From positions 8,618,001 to 8,682,000 of the forward strand of contig OZ176050.1 of NCBI GenBank assembly GCA_964247055.1: a stretch of 64,000 nt of DNA. The letters are read 5' to 3'. The translations under genes were made by a program, and so were the position numbers. The notes under the pieces were generated by a model. That model saw only the letters and a program-made list of their open reading frames with translations. It was not told where the DNA came from and made no database searches. This DNA comes from Paragordius varius (taxonomy: Eukaryota; Animalia; Nematomorpha). Shown here piece after piece: positions 27,301 through 39,800 of this stretch (its first letter is position 1; every line of letters begins with the position of its first letter).

Positions 27301-29264
27301 TAGATTTTGATTGCTGTTATTATACGTATTGCCTGTAAGCAAGAGAAGTGAATGTAAAGTTGTTGATTTCATAGCTTGAGCATCGGATCGTAAAAAACTA
27401 GGTTTCCTTAAGGAAAACCCTGGTGGTGGGACTGGGGTTATGTTTGTATCCGTAATGTAGTCTGGATCCAGAATACTAAGGTTTTTAGGAACCCAAGTCG
27501 TAACAGTTGGACAACTTGACCAAGGTAAGACTTTGCGAAACGACATGAAAATGTAATAAATACACCAAGCAATAATGACATTGTAATACAATCCAATTAT
27601 AAAGGAGACAAGCGTTGATGCAATACCTAAACCACCGAGCATGGGACTAATTTCATTCCAAACGCCAATACTCCCTTTCCGAATGCGTTGACCAATCCCA
27701 AGCTCCAAGTAAAAGAGAGGTACACCCTCCAAGAACAACATTATGATGTAGGGAATCAGGAAAGCACCTATTAATTACAAAATGTCTTTAATATACGTAA
27801 ATCGTAGATGGGCATGATAAGTTTGAGTGGGTGTAATGAAGTGATTAAAAAAATTGGATGGTTTTTACTTAAATATTATATGACTTTTGATAAAATTAAT
27901 TACAAAAAATTTATATGTAAGAATAATAGGGGTAAATTTTAACCAAGATATTAAAATCTAAATAAAAAATTTAATTATTTTTTTTGCTAAAATATTTGAA
28001 CATCAAAAGAATTAGTTTTTAAATTTTAGTAACTTTTACATTTATGAATTAGTCAAAATTTGGTGAATCAGGGCTAATTCAAAATAATGAATCGTTATCA
28101 TTTCAATATATTTTGTTACCGACTTTTGGCCAATTCGAAAAAATAGCGGCAAAAAATAGATTAGTTTTTGATATTACGTTTATAAGGTATCTAAAAACTT
28201 ATTTTGAATTCATCAAGAGCTTCGGTTAATTTTTGTAATTTCGATTTCAAATCGTTGTAGGGCACCAAACCGCTAAAAAACATTGACATTTTTATTTCTA
28301 CCTTACTACAGTTAACTATAATCTATACCTCCCCACTAAATGATTTTTTTTCTTTCTTTTATTTTATATCAAATAAACAGTTTATTGATATAAATATTAT
28401 TTGTTTTTACCGTATACATACACAAAACACAGAAAAATTAACGAATTTAATTTTATCATATTTTAGCCGTCAAAATATTTTACAACATGCGATTCTAAAA
28501 AAGTGACCTACAAAAGTGAACCACAAAAGAATTTCAGTAATTTATGTTATTTTTAGATATTTTAAAATTAATATGAGAAAGAAACAACAGAGTTTTTTGC
28601 CTATATTTATAGATTTTTTAGTTAATAGTTATTGAAAAAAAAAATTTTTACAAACGGGACGAATAATTAACTTATTAAAAGATTTATTTAAACTACTTTA
28701 TAAATGAAAGACTCTTTGTAGTTTAAGAGACAATTCGTAAATTAAGGAAAATGCTAGTTAAAAATATGAGAAACAAACAACAAAGTTTTTTGCCTATATT
28801 TATCGATTAAGTTAATAGTTATTGAAAAAAAAGATATATATTATTTAAACTACTCTATAAATTATAAGCTGTTTGTAGTTTAAAAGACTCAAATTCGTAA
28901 AATAAGGAAAATGCTAGTTAATGAACAAACAAAACCAACCTCCTCCATTTTGTTGACACAGGTATGGGAAACGCCATATATTTCCAAGGCCCACGGCATA
29001 ACCCACGATAGTTAACAAATACTGGAGTTTTGAACCCCAAGCGGCCCTTTCCACCACCATAGGTTCATCTTCGCCCGGGAGGTCGGCCAATCCATCGTCA
29101 GTCATGGATGAAGCGATAGAATCAACTTTATTCATCATACCCATTGAACCGTTCATGGCTATTTTTATGTCATCTTTATGCAGCTTTTTATTCAATCCAT
29201 TTTTGGGAATGATGGTTATTTCATTGTTGTTAAGATCGATAAATTTGTTTTTATCCATATTCAA
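21302..29264 (-). CDS. SLC6 sodium:neurotransmitter symporter, amino-acid (SLC6A15-A20-like) subgroup
   Basis: Exons 29264-28940, 27767-26848, 25493-25383, 25098-24857, 24672-24519, 23489-23288, 22999-22841, 22360-22198, 21929-21863, 21501-21302. Motifs [98 protein letters not shown]. Confidence 0.92.
23538..23909 (-). mobile_element. Non-autonomous Helitron-like element
   Basis: On the minus strand: A|TCTATATATTTATAAAAATG ... GC-rich hairpin (23549-23571) ... CTAG|T; about 330 bp shared with 62060-62387. Confidence 0.75.
25957..26147. mobile_element. Palindromic MITE, decayed sister of 26571-26758
   Basis: GAGTAAGAATATATTGCTAG..CAAAGGGCAGTATTATTGGCT / GCCAATAATACTGCCCTTTG..TAGCAAAGTATACTTACTC. 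Confidence 0.65.
26571..26758. mobile_element. Palindromic Tc1/mariner-type MITE (CAGT end, TA flanks)
   Basis: TA|CAATATAAGTAAGTATACATTGCT ... AGCAATGTATACTTACTCATACTG|TA. Confidence 0.75.
28570..28920. repeat. Local diverged tandem duplication (about 170-190 bp x2) in SLC6 intron 1
   Basis: AATATGAGAAA..GTTTTTTGCCTATATTTAT..GTTAATAGTTATTGAAAAAA..AAGGAAAATGCTAGTTA occurs twice in succession. Confidence 0.7.
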
Positions 29265-32200
29265 GAGTGTTTATTGCCAATATGATGATTAGTATTTAAC
29301 TAGTTACCTATGAATTGTAACCTTTACAGTTTAATAAAAAGGGATAAAGAAAAAAATTTAAGGTTATTTTAATTAATGCCGATAGCGGATAATAAGTGGG
29401 TGAAACAATAAACCCTTTCAAATAATATATGAGTGGGGGGTATGAAAAGCACTTTCAACAAATGATTTGGGCCTAGGGCATTTTGGCGATTCATTTGTAA
29501 TTATATATATACATAATATGTTAAACCAAATAAAATATGGAATAAATTAATTATATGGTTTTTAAAATAAATTATCGATTATGCGATATTGATATTTTAT
29601 GCTTATGATTGATTGTAAAAAACAGATTATAGGGATAGAGGATGTGTGAATAGAATAATATTTAAATTATTTTTGATACAAAATGCGCAGTTATAAATAG
29701 TCTTCTTACATGGCTGTGTCTATGTTAAAAATATTTATTTCACAAATTCTTTATATTTAAATTTTTAGATGTAAAATGTTTTGTCTTGACAAGAATATAA
29801 TAATCCTTGAAGGCTTTATTTTTTATCTAAAAAAACATGTTTAAAATACGATAGAGTAATTATGGATGCCTTTGGTGTAGTGTAGACATGTTGATGGTGA
29901 TTTCTGCGATCGCAGTTTAGCAATAAAAAATGTTAAAATTAATCAATTGTTATATTTAAATATATGATGTGAATCGGAAATAGTTCTTTTAAATCTAACA
30001 AATGCATTTATAAAAATTAATGCGCATTTTACCAATAAAAATATTCTATGGTAATACAAAACATATATCGCTAACGAAATAAAGCACACATTGTAAGTAA
30101 ACAAATCATAACTAATACATTACCCAACCTCCTTCTACATTTAAACAAATAAATATTGCGTTATGCGCTCCATTTGTGCCAAATAAATAAATATTGTTAT
30201 TATTGTTTTTACACTAAAAAATAATCATTATTTTTATCAGAATATCCCAAAAAAATTTATTAAGACTATAGATAGATAGATTACTATAAATGTAATTTGT
30301 ACTTTTGTGCAGCCGTTGGCAAATTAGACTTTGTGACATTTTTTGACATGTCTTTCTATGGTTTAAGGCAAGTATGTACCTTTTGATTTTTTGATATTTT
30401 AATGCAAATAAATTAATTTTAGAGCCCTAAGTAATACCAAGGGTTATACATATAAACTAACAAATTGTATAGTATCAACGATTAATACGTTTTAAAACAA
30501 AGATGGAAAATAAGCAACATAAAAAATAATTTTTGAAGGTTAATTTCTTTTAATTTAAGATCCAACACAAACTCGACCACCAACATTTGTATTTAAATAA
30601 AAATATTTAATGAAAAACTTTTAAACAAATATCCTAAACTTTAGACACCAAATATTTTTTCATTTTTGTGTAATGGTTCATGAAACACTTTAAAAAGGGT
30701 TATATTTTATAAGATATCTCCAGTTAATACCCTCATAACTATAAGTCAGAATCAATGCCAAATATTTGTCCTGATTGTTAGCTGTTGAATAACGAAGTTT
30801 AAGCTTAATTTTGATAACAGATGGACAAATTAAAAATAATAGTCTCGTAAAATAATTTGTATAAAAATATAATTTGCCAAACAGCTGTTCAGAGTATATT
30901 TGTTGAAACTCTGAATAATTGGCCAAAGTTTGCTGCCAAATTATTAATTGAAATTGGGCTAATATTTTTTTATATATAATATTATTTGTGAATGAGAACT
31001 CAAAAATATAAGTGGCCAAAGCTCAAGGTTAAAAAGTTTACAAACAGATTAATTTTGTTCAGTTTTAAATGGCCTAATGACATCGATATTTTAAAGTTAT
31101 CACAAAAAATTACACTGAGGCAAAAATTTTTTAAAAGGTATTAAAAAATTAAAGACCTAGCTAATTTAACGGATCAATAAAATTTGCCGCTTACGAAGCT
31201 CATAAAAATGTTATAATTATATTGACACTTCGTTATTTTTTCACATTTTTGTAGACGTATTTGGGATGTCTTTTGTCCCAAAACCCTTGTAAAAAACTAA
31301 TAGTTTAAAAAAATTTAAAATATAATCATCAAATTATATTAATATACTAAAAAATTTATATTTAACTGTTTGTTACTTGTAGATTTCTGTATATGAGTAA
31401 CAACCAAATGCAATGTACATAAACAGGTGATTTCCATATAATTATCTCGTAGTCTAATTGTAAGCAGAAGTTGATTTTTAAACCTTAATTTATATTTATT
31501 AGACTTTTTTATAGCTACTTAACACTTAAACTCAAATCATGTTCATATGTCATTGGATACAAAATAACATCGTTGAGACCCACGCTGAAAACCAATTATT
31601 TTATAAAATGTGGAAAGCATTGAGACTCCCTTTTCTTTTCAACTATTATGCACCAAATTAAAATAATCAATCAAAATGACTTGATGTTTTTTATTTTATG
31701 GTGTGAAGGCAAAATTTTAACATTTGCGCTATAATAAAAGATTGCTAAAATTATTATTTGTGCGCTTTCTGTCCTAACTATTTCTCAAATAATAAAAAAT
31801 TAACTTTTTTAGCTGTAGAATCCTCGAACAATTGCGATATTTTTCTATAATGTTTTGTATAAAAAGAACACCAAAATAGTTAGATATGAAACTTAAATAC
31901 ATTATTTATTTAAATTGTTTTTCTTAAAAAATTAAATTGACACTGGGACGCCTTTTAATAGTTTTAAAATAACAATTTAAAGTAGGCATGGTGTAACAAG
32001 TTGCCTCATTTTAAATCGAATTGTTACTAATTTTCAAATATCATGTTTGGCGGCTTGTTGATATTTTAATAATTATTTTTTTAGAAGGCGCCTAAAACTA
32101 TAGATTACGTATCATCAACTTTGGCCTGATAGCATTGATATTTTTTATGTTTTTCATAATTTGTTTTAGGTGTAAATAACTACTTTAAAGGTAATAAAAT

Positions 32201-34939
32201 ATTAATCAATGATTTGCTTTTAGAAATATAATGTAATTAAAATGTAATCTTGACGAAATATATCTATTTTCTAATAGAAAAATGCATCAGGATTCACATG
32301 GTGCTTTTGGTTTTAGGGCTTATGACTCATTTGAGAAAATTTCCATTTTTGTGGTAATCTCTATTTATATATCGAAATTCGCAAAATTTGCGCAGATTAA
32401 TATAAATTATTTTTGGTGAAAGTTAAACGGTAACGCTTCATTACCTTTTGGGGTAGCTCGTGCTTCAAAAAAATTTTTTAAAAAATATAACTGTAAAAAA
32501 ATCTGAACTTTTTCGCCGCCATTTTCTTTAAATTTTTTTTAAATCGCTAATGCCATTGGCAAATCTATATATTAATAAAAATTAGAGGTATGAGCTTTAA
32601 GCAACGCATGGGGAAAACGGGTAAGCCCATTCCGATTCCAAAGTGAAAATTATATAATCTTTATTAATACGTCGACAATGACTAAGCCTTTTTATGATTT
32701 GGGCCCTCTGTTTTACCCCCTTCCCCGTCTAAAAATCGTGTTTTTTGATAAAATAATTTCCTAAAAATTTTAGTTTGAACGACATGAAAACGTGTGGGTC
32801 CATTCTGTTTCAATAGTGTACTTTTTATAATGTTTTACAAATGAGCCAAGGATGACCAAGCCCTTTTTTTAAATCAATCTCTCAATACCTAGTTTAAAAA
32901 TAGGGGCTTTAATATAGTATTCACACTCAAGCAATTTTTTGGAAAGCGTGGAGGGCCATGCAAATTCAGTAATGTACTTTTTACATTGTTTAATAACGTC
33001 GAGGGTTAAGTCATTTTTTATAATTCCCACTTCAGTCCAGTCCTACCCGGCCAAAAACAGGTTTATTTAAATAATTTTTTGACTCTTAAGCTTTTTTCCA
33101 AAAACGTGTAGGAGCAGTCAATTTCAACAGTGTTTTTTTTATATTTTACAATTTCGCGGACAATATCTAAACTTTTTCCCGTCAGTTCCGCCCCTCCCAT
33201 GTAAAATTTTTTATTATTTTTGGCTTTGAAACACCATCCCAAAAAATGTGTGGGGACAGTCAGAATAAATAGGGTATATAGCAGTTTTACCTTAAAACTG
33301 CACACCCATATTTTTATGAATTTTATTTATATAAATGCGCCATAGGTCATTGAACAACATATATCCCTATAATTAACCCGTGTAAAATATTGACTTTGAA
33401 TATTTTTCCCGAACATATTATACTATATATAACATTGATATTAATTAAAAATATTAAGAATAAAACTATCTTTTCGAAAAATAGCTGCGACATGACTCTC
33501 TCTAAAATTCGCCATTAACAAAAAATAACGTGGCGCAGGTGTTTTTTAAATATAGAACAATATAAATTAAATAATATTTTCTCAAAAATATATAGCATGG
33601 GGTAATTATGATGCTGGCTGGGTTAAGCTACCTATGTGTATTTACCATATTTAGTTTCATATTAATGCGTATTTTTTCCTGTGATTTGGTTTATATATTA
33701 GTTCTAACTGCGTTCACTATTTGAATATTAAGAACAAGGCATTGGAAGGTTTAATATTGTTAAAATTTAATACATTCTTGGAAGGGTATTATTTTATTTA
33801 TTTGGGGATTGGGATCAAAAAAATTTGATGTATTTTTTTGATGATAATTACCATAAATTGATTTCAGACAATGAAGTAACAAAATTATAAATGGAGTTAT
33901 TTTAATTGTTCGAAATCAAATTCAACAAAATAAATATCTCTCCTGACTTGAATTTACATATTAATATCAGAATATATTTATAATCTCAAAAACTCTGAAT
34001 TTGAAAATTATTTATAAAGCTGAAATGATTAACTCGCATATTTTGGTAGCAATGAAACATTATAATCCTATAAAATCCATTCTCAACCCAAAAAGTATAC
34101 ACTTTTTTACATTTTTATTTGTACCCGGTGAAGTTAGTTTTATATAGCTTTTTAAATGTTGCTTTTAAAGAGTTTAGGTTTCGAAAAAAAATTTATTTAA
34201 CAAAATAAGAGCAAAATTTGCCATTTTCTGTGCACTATCCGATAAGTACAAAAAACTTTTTTAAATCACTCGTAAGGTCCAAAACCAAAAGCACCATGAT
34301 AATTCTGATACATTTTCATCAAATATATATAATAGCTATATATATATATATATATATATTTAAAAATATCTAATCAATATTTTCTGTCTATACTGTGTAA
34401 ATGAATCCTAAGAAAAATACATAACGGTGATCTTTATACCTTTGTCTGCCACATATTTTTTGGAACTGTTTCTTATGTCAAAAAGCTAAATAGGATGTAA
34501 AAATAACTATTTTTAGGATTATATCCTATAAATAAAATCACATTACGGCTAAATTGGATTTTCGACTTAAAGTCTGTTTTAAATTATCATAAATATGGAA
34601 TGTATCAAAATTGATATTTGTGTAATATAAGTAAACTAAAAAAATCAAATCATGTTTTGTGGTTACGAAGTAAAAATTTTAGCCATAATTATAACATAAA
34701 TTTAACCGTTGCCATTTATAGGGTCACTGATATAATAGGCCATGAATTTACTTATATGCATAATAACGTAATTTATTTAGAGATTAATGTACATCAAAAT
34801 GTTAATCTGAATTGTAAAATAGATTTTCCAACATTCTCATGTATAAAGGGCGGTACAATTTAAGGACTTTTAATATGCGTTTATAATAAACGACTATTTT
34901 ATAAAATATTTACAGTCTTTAACATTTTTTTGTAAATCC

Positions 34940-36752
34940 ATGTGGGACTCAGAACTGTTTGCAGATGCAAACATATTAGCCCCAATGGTTCGTTTTGGTA
35001 TTCTACCATCTAGGTTATTAGCTTTGGATTATGGGGCAAATTTGGTATATACCGAGGAGATAGTTGATGAACTATTGCTTAAATCAAATTTTGAATATAA
35101 TTCCAAATTGAAAACAGTAGATCTTAAGTTTAAAACGCCCAAAGTTTATAATCTTCCTACTGATTGCGTGGAGCTATATAATGATTTGGACCTTGCCGAA
35201 CCAGAGCTTGTTTTTCAAACTAATGTTGAAGAAAGTTCCAATTTGATTTTGCAAATTGGAACAAAGTATCCAGAAAAAGCATGCCAAATAATTGAGAAAT
35301 TTTATAAATGGAAGCAAGAGTGTAATATTTTTGGTAAAATTGTATTTAAACAAAGATGATACCCTTAATTTTAATTTGTTACGTGGTATTGATTTAAATA
35401 TGGGATGTCCAAAAGAATTTTCACTTAAAGCTGGTATCGGTTCCACACTTATCCAAAATGATGAAAACATAGAGACCGCATGTTCAGTGTTACTTTCAAT
35501 GATATCCAAGAACCGAGATTTTGGTATATATTAATATGTAATTCATATTTATCAAAATGATTTAATTCAATTAATTTCCCCATAACAGTAAATGATAATC
35601 AGCATTGATCTTTGCAAAAAGATTTTATATAATAGTACGCTTACTGAAATATAACCATTTGTGGTCAAATGTTAATAAAATAGTATGAATATAAATACAA
35701 CGTTAAAAATAGATTTTTACACATAATAATCTGTTTAGGGCTGAAAATTTGTTTAACTCCGTTTATTTATATCTATATGTTCCCCAATATGAACCAATTT
35801 TAATTAATATTATATTTTATATAATATGGTTCAATATAAATTTATACGGTGCCGTATTTAGTTTACTTTACAATGCAAATATTATGACTTATTGATTATA
35901 ATGGGTATTAAGGGGGATAAATTTATTTTCAAAAAAGAAAACTCTATAGGACACTCATACATTATATATATACTATATAATAGGTATATATGATTAAATA
36001 GTTAAAATATTTTTGTACTTTTCTATTTTGTTTTTTAGTTATACACAATCAATGTCTTGAGCAATTTAATTCTAAAAAATATATTGTTTAACCACCGGAC
36101 ATATTTCCCTATATTTGAATGGAGTTTAATCTATTTTTGATAATATGTGGTGCAAAAGGAATATTATATATTTAAAATTTAATTTCAAACAACTAGTGTT
36201 TTATGATTAATCAATTATTTTTTCTCCCAAAAGCCATAATGATTGACTATATTAGGTTGGGCAACGTCATGTAAAATACGAGTGTTACCTTCACTGACTG
36301 AAACTTTAAGTCTTTGCTCCAAACTATGGCGAACTGGTATTGATGCCTTAACTGTTCATGGTAGAACACCTAATGAGATGAAAACTAACGCGTATCCCAA
36401 TAGAAATGATTTTATAAGAGAAATCTCCAGGTTAGCACCGGCCCATTGTGTAATCATTGCTAATGGAGGCTCCACCGACATAAAAACACACGATGACATT
36501 GACAAATTTAAAAGGGACACAGGTTAGAATTAGTTTTGATTTTTTATTATTTCTCTAGATTGTTATGTTGAAACAGCTTTGCGCATAAAAATATTTAAAC
36601 AATTTGGTTTTTGTAAAGTAAATTTAACATTTTATATGTAAGTATTTTTTTAAGTTAGTCGAACCTAATCTATGTATATAATTTAAACCAGGGGTGTCCA
36701 AGACAAATGGCTTCGCGAGCCGCAATTTTGGCTCCTAAAACCGGCGGGCAGC

Positions 36753-36804
<52 letters not shown>

Positions 36805-39800
36805 ATTTACAGTTCAAATTCACCCTTAACCAATTCAAATTCACCCTCGAACAATTCAAATTCACCCTTGAACAATTCAAATTCACCCTCGAACAATTCA
36901 AATTCACCCTTGAACAATTCAAATTCACCCTTGAACAATTCAAATTCACCCTTGAACAATTCAAATTCACCCTTGAACAATTCAAATTCACCCTTGAACA
37001 AAATGCTTATTTTTTGATTCATATTATCAAATTAAAAGGGAAAAAACTTTGGGAATTATTTTGCCATTTCTTAAAATTTTTTTAAATGGTTTAATAATAA
37101 AATTCAAAGCGGAAATACCTATATTTAATAGAAAATTTCATAATTTTTCCGTTTTTTGATGTTCCAAGATTATAATACAAACATTAAAACAATTATTAGC
37201 CATAAATCATTTATTAATATGTTTATAATAAAGTAAATAATAGCGTTAAAATTATAATTATTGGTGCACATAAACACGTCCCTCCGCAGCATTTGCAAGA
37301 TTGTGGTTTACATAATCACAAAATCCTTTAACATCCGTTGCTGTTATTTGTAGGCATCCATAGTTAACTAAATCTTTCAATGATGCATTACTTTCATTAC
37401 TAATTGCGGAGCAGACATTAGATTTTATTTTGGAGAATGCGTTTTCTATTGGATTGAGCATGTAGCTATATGGAGCCAAAAATGAAATTTTGTAGTGGTA
37501 TCCATCAGCTATATTGTTTAAAACTTCCCTTTTGTGAATCTTTGCATTATCCAAAATAAAATGAATTCCTTCTAAATTCAAAGAGGTGAGAAATTCACAT
37601 AAATCTTTGAAAAAATTAGAAAATATGTCTCCATTTACATTTCTCTCACATTCTATTCTGTGAAATACAATTCCCTGTGACCCCATAGCTGCAATAAGGG
37701 TTATGTTTCTTCCTTTTATGTTAGGAAGTTTAACAATGGCCCTTGTACCGCGTTTAGATCTTCCAAAATTTCGCCTAAGGTGGTTGTGGAAACCACATTC
37801 ATCAATGAAAACCACCTTTGTTGTATCAAAATTAAACGTTTCGAGAAACCAAATGGCATACTCTTTTCTTTTTCTAATTGTATCCGAATCATTTATTTTG
37901 TTAATCTCTGTATGAGTTTTTTTCAGTGTTATCGCTAGTTTTTGGATTATATTTTGAATGGTACTGCAAGATATGCGAAAATCGCATTCATGTTCTAAAA
38001 ATAATTTTAGCGATTTTAGAGTGATTAAGGGGTTTTCGCTAATTTTTTCTTCGACTATGTTGACAATGCGATCCGTAATCTTTTCATATCTCTTTCCACC
38101 TTGCGATTTACACTTAATATTTTTTTTGTACTTCATAACAAATGATTTGGCGGTATTATAATTAATATCCAACGATTCAGCCACCATTTTTATCGAATCC
38201 CCATCCATAATTGTTGATTTTATTAGGCGCTTCTTATCATGTTCACTAAGTTTCGTATAATTCTTTTTGACATCTATCTTAGATTAAAAATATACCAATT
38301 AATATAATTTCACTGTCTTGATTTGTAGTGTTAGCCATTTATTTTACAAAAAATTATTGTCTGCTTGTTGGGTAGTTAAAAATAAAGGAAAAATTACACG
38401 TCGCATAAAATATACCGTCTGCTTTGACTATAAGAATATTTTTAACTACCCAACAAGCAGACAATAATTTTTTGTAAAATAAATGGCTAACACTACAAAT
38501 CAAGACAGTGAAATTATATTAATTGGTATATTTTTAATCTAAGATAGATGTCAAAAAGAATTATACGAAACTTAGTGAACATGATAAGAAGCGCCTAATA
38601 AAATCAACAATTATGGATGGGGATTCGATAAAAATGGTGGCTGAATCGTTGGATATTAATTATAATACCGCCAAATCATTTGTTATGAAGTACAAAAAAA
38701 ATATTAAGTGTAAATCGCAAGGTGGAAAGAGATATGAAAAGATTACGGATCGCATTGTCAACATAGTCGAAGAAAAAATTAGCGAAAACCCCTTAATCAC
38801 TCTAAAATCGCTAAAATTATTTTTAGAACATGAATGCGATTTTCGCATATCTTGCAGTACCATTCAAAATATAATCCAAAAACTAGCGATAACACTGAAA
38901 AAAACTCATACAGAGATTAACAAAATAAATGATTCGGATACAATTAGAAAAAGAAAAGAGTATGCCATTTGGTTTCTCGAAACGTTTAATTTTGATACAA
39001 CAAAGGTGGTTTTCATTGATGAATGTGGTTTCCACAACCACCTTAGGCGAAATTTTGGAAGATCTAAACGCGGTACAAGGGCCATTGTTAAACTTCCTAA
39101 CATAAAAGGAAGAAACATAACCCTTATTGCAGCTATGGGGTCACAGGGAATTGTATTTCACAGAATAGAATGTGAGAGAAATGTAAATGGAGACATACAT
39201 ATTTTCTAATTTTTTCAAAGATTTATGTGAATTTCTCACCTCTTTGAATTTAGAAGGAATTCATTTTATTTTGGATAATGCAAAGATTCACAAAAGGGAA
39301 GTTTTAAACAATATAGCTGATGGATACCACTACAAAATTTCATTTTTGGCTCCATATAGCTACATGCTCAATCCAATAGAAAACGCATTCTCCAAAATAA
39401 AATCTAATGTCTGCTCCGCAATTAGTAATGAAAGTAATGCATCATTGAAAGATTTAGTTAACTATGGATGCCTACAAATAACAGCAACGGATGTTAAAGG
39501 ATTTTGTGATTATGTAAACCACAATCTTGCAAATGCTGCGGAGGGACGTGTTTATGTGCACCAATAATTATAATTTTAACGCTATTATTTACTTTATTAT
39601 AAACATATTAATAAATGATTTATGGCTAATAATTGTTTTAATGTTTGTATTATAATCTTGGAACATCAAAAAACGGAAAAATTATGAAATTTTCTATTAA
39701 ATATAGGTATTTCCGCTTTGAATTTTATTATTAAACCATTTAAAAAAATTTTAAGAAATGGCAAAATAATTCCCAAAGTTTTTTCCCTTTTAATTTGATA

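Noticed and set aside
35140-35175. Possible extra in-frame micro-introns in DUS2 exon 1 and in the peroxidase exon at about 63720-63760
   Set aside because: Only weak acceptors (GAG) or frame-incompatible GT-AG pairs; kept as protein insertions.
36683-37022. Repetitive ORFs (NLNCSRV)n, (FKGEFEL)n and (QFKFTLE)n here and at 39740-40112; possible CRISPR-like array
   Set aside because: They are translations of the 21-bp subterminal tandem repeat; the units are contiguous with no unique spacers and no cas genes, in a eukaryotic context.
37703-39118. Short ORFs 37703-37915, 37958-38161, 38660-38863 and 38906-39118
   Set aside because: Antisense shadows of the transposase, duplicated only because of the palindrome.
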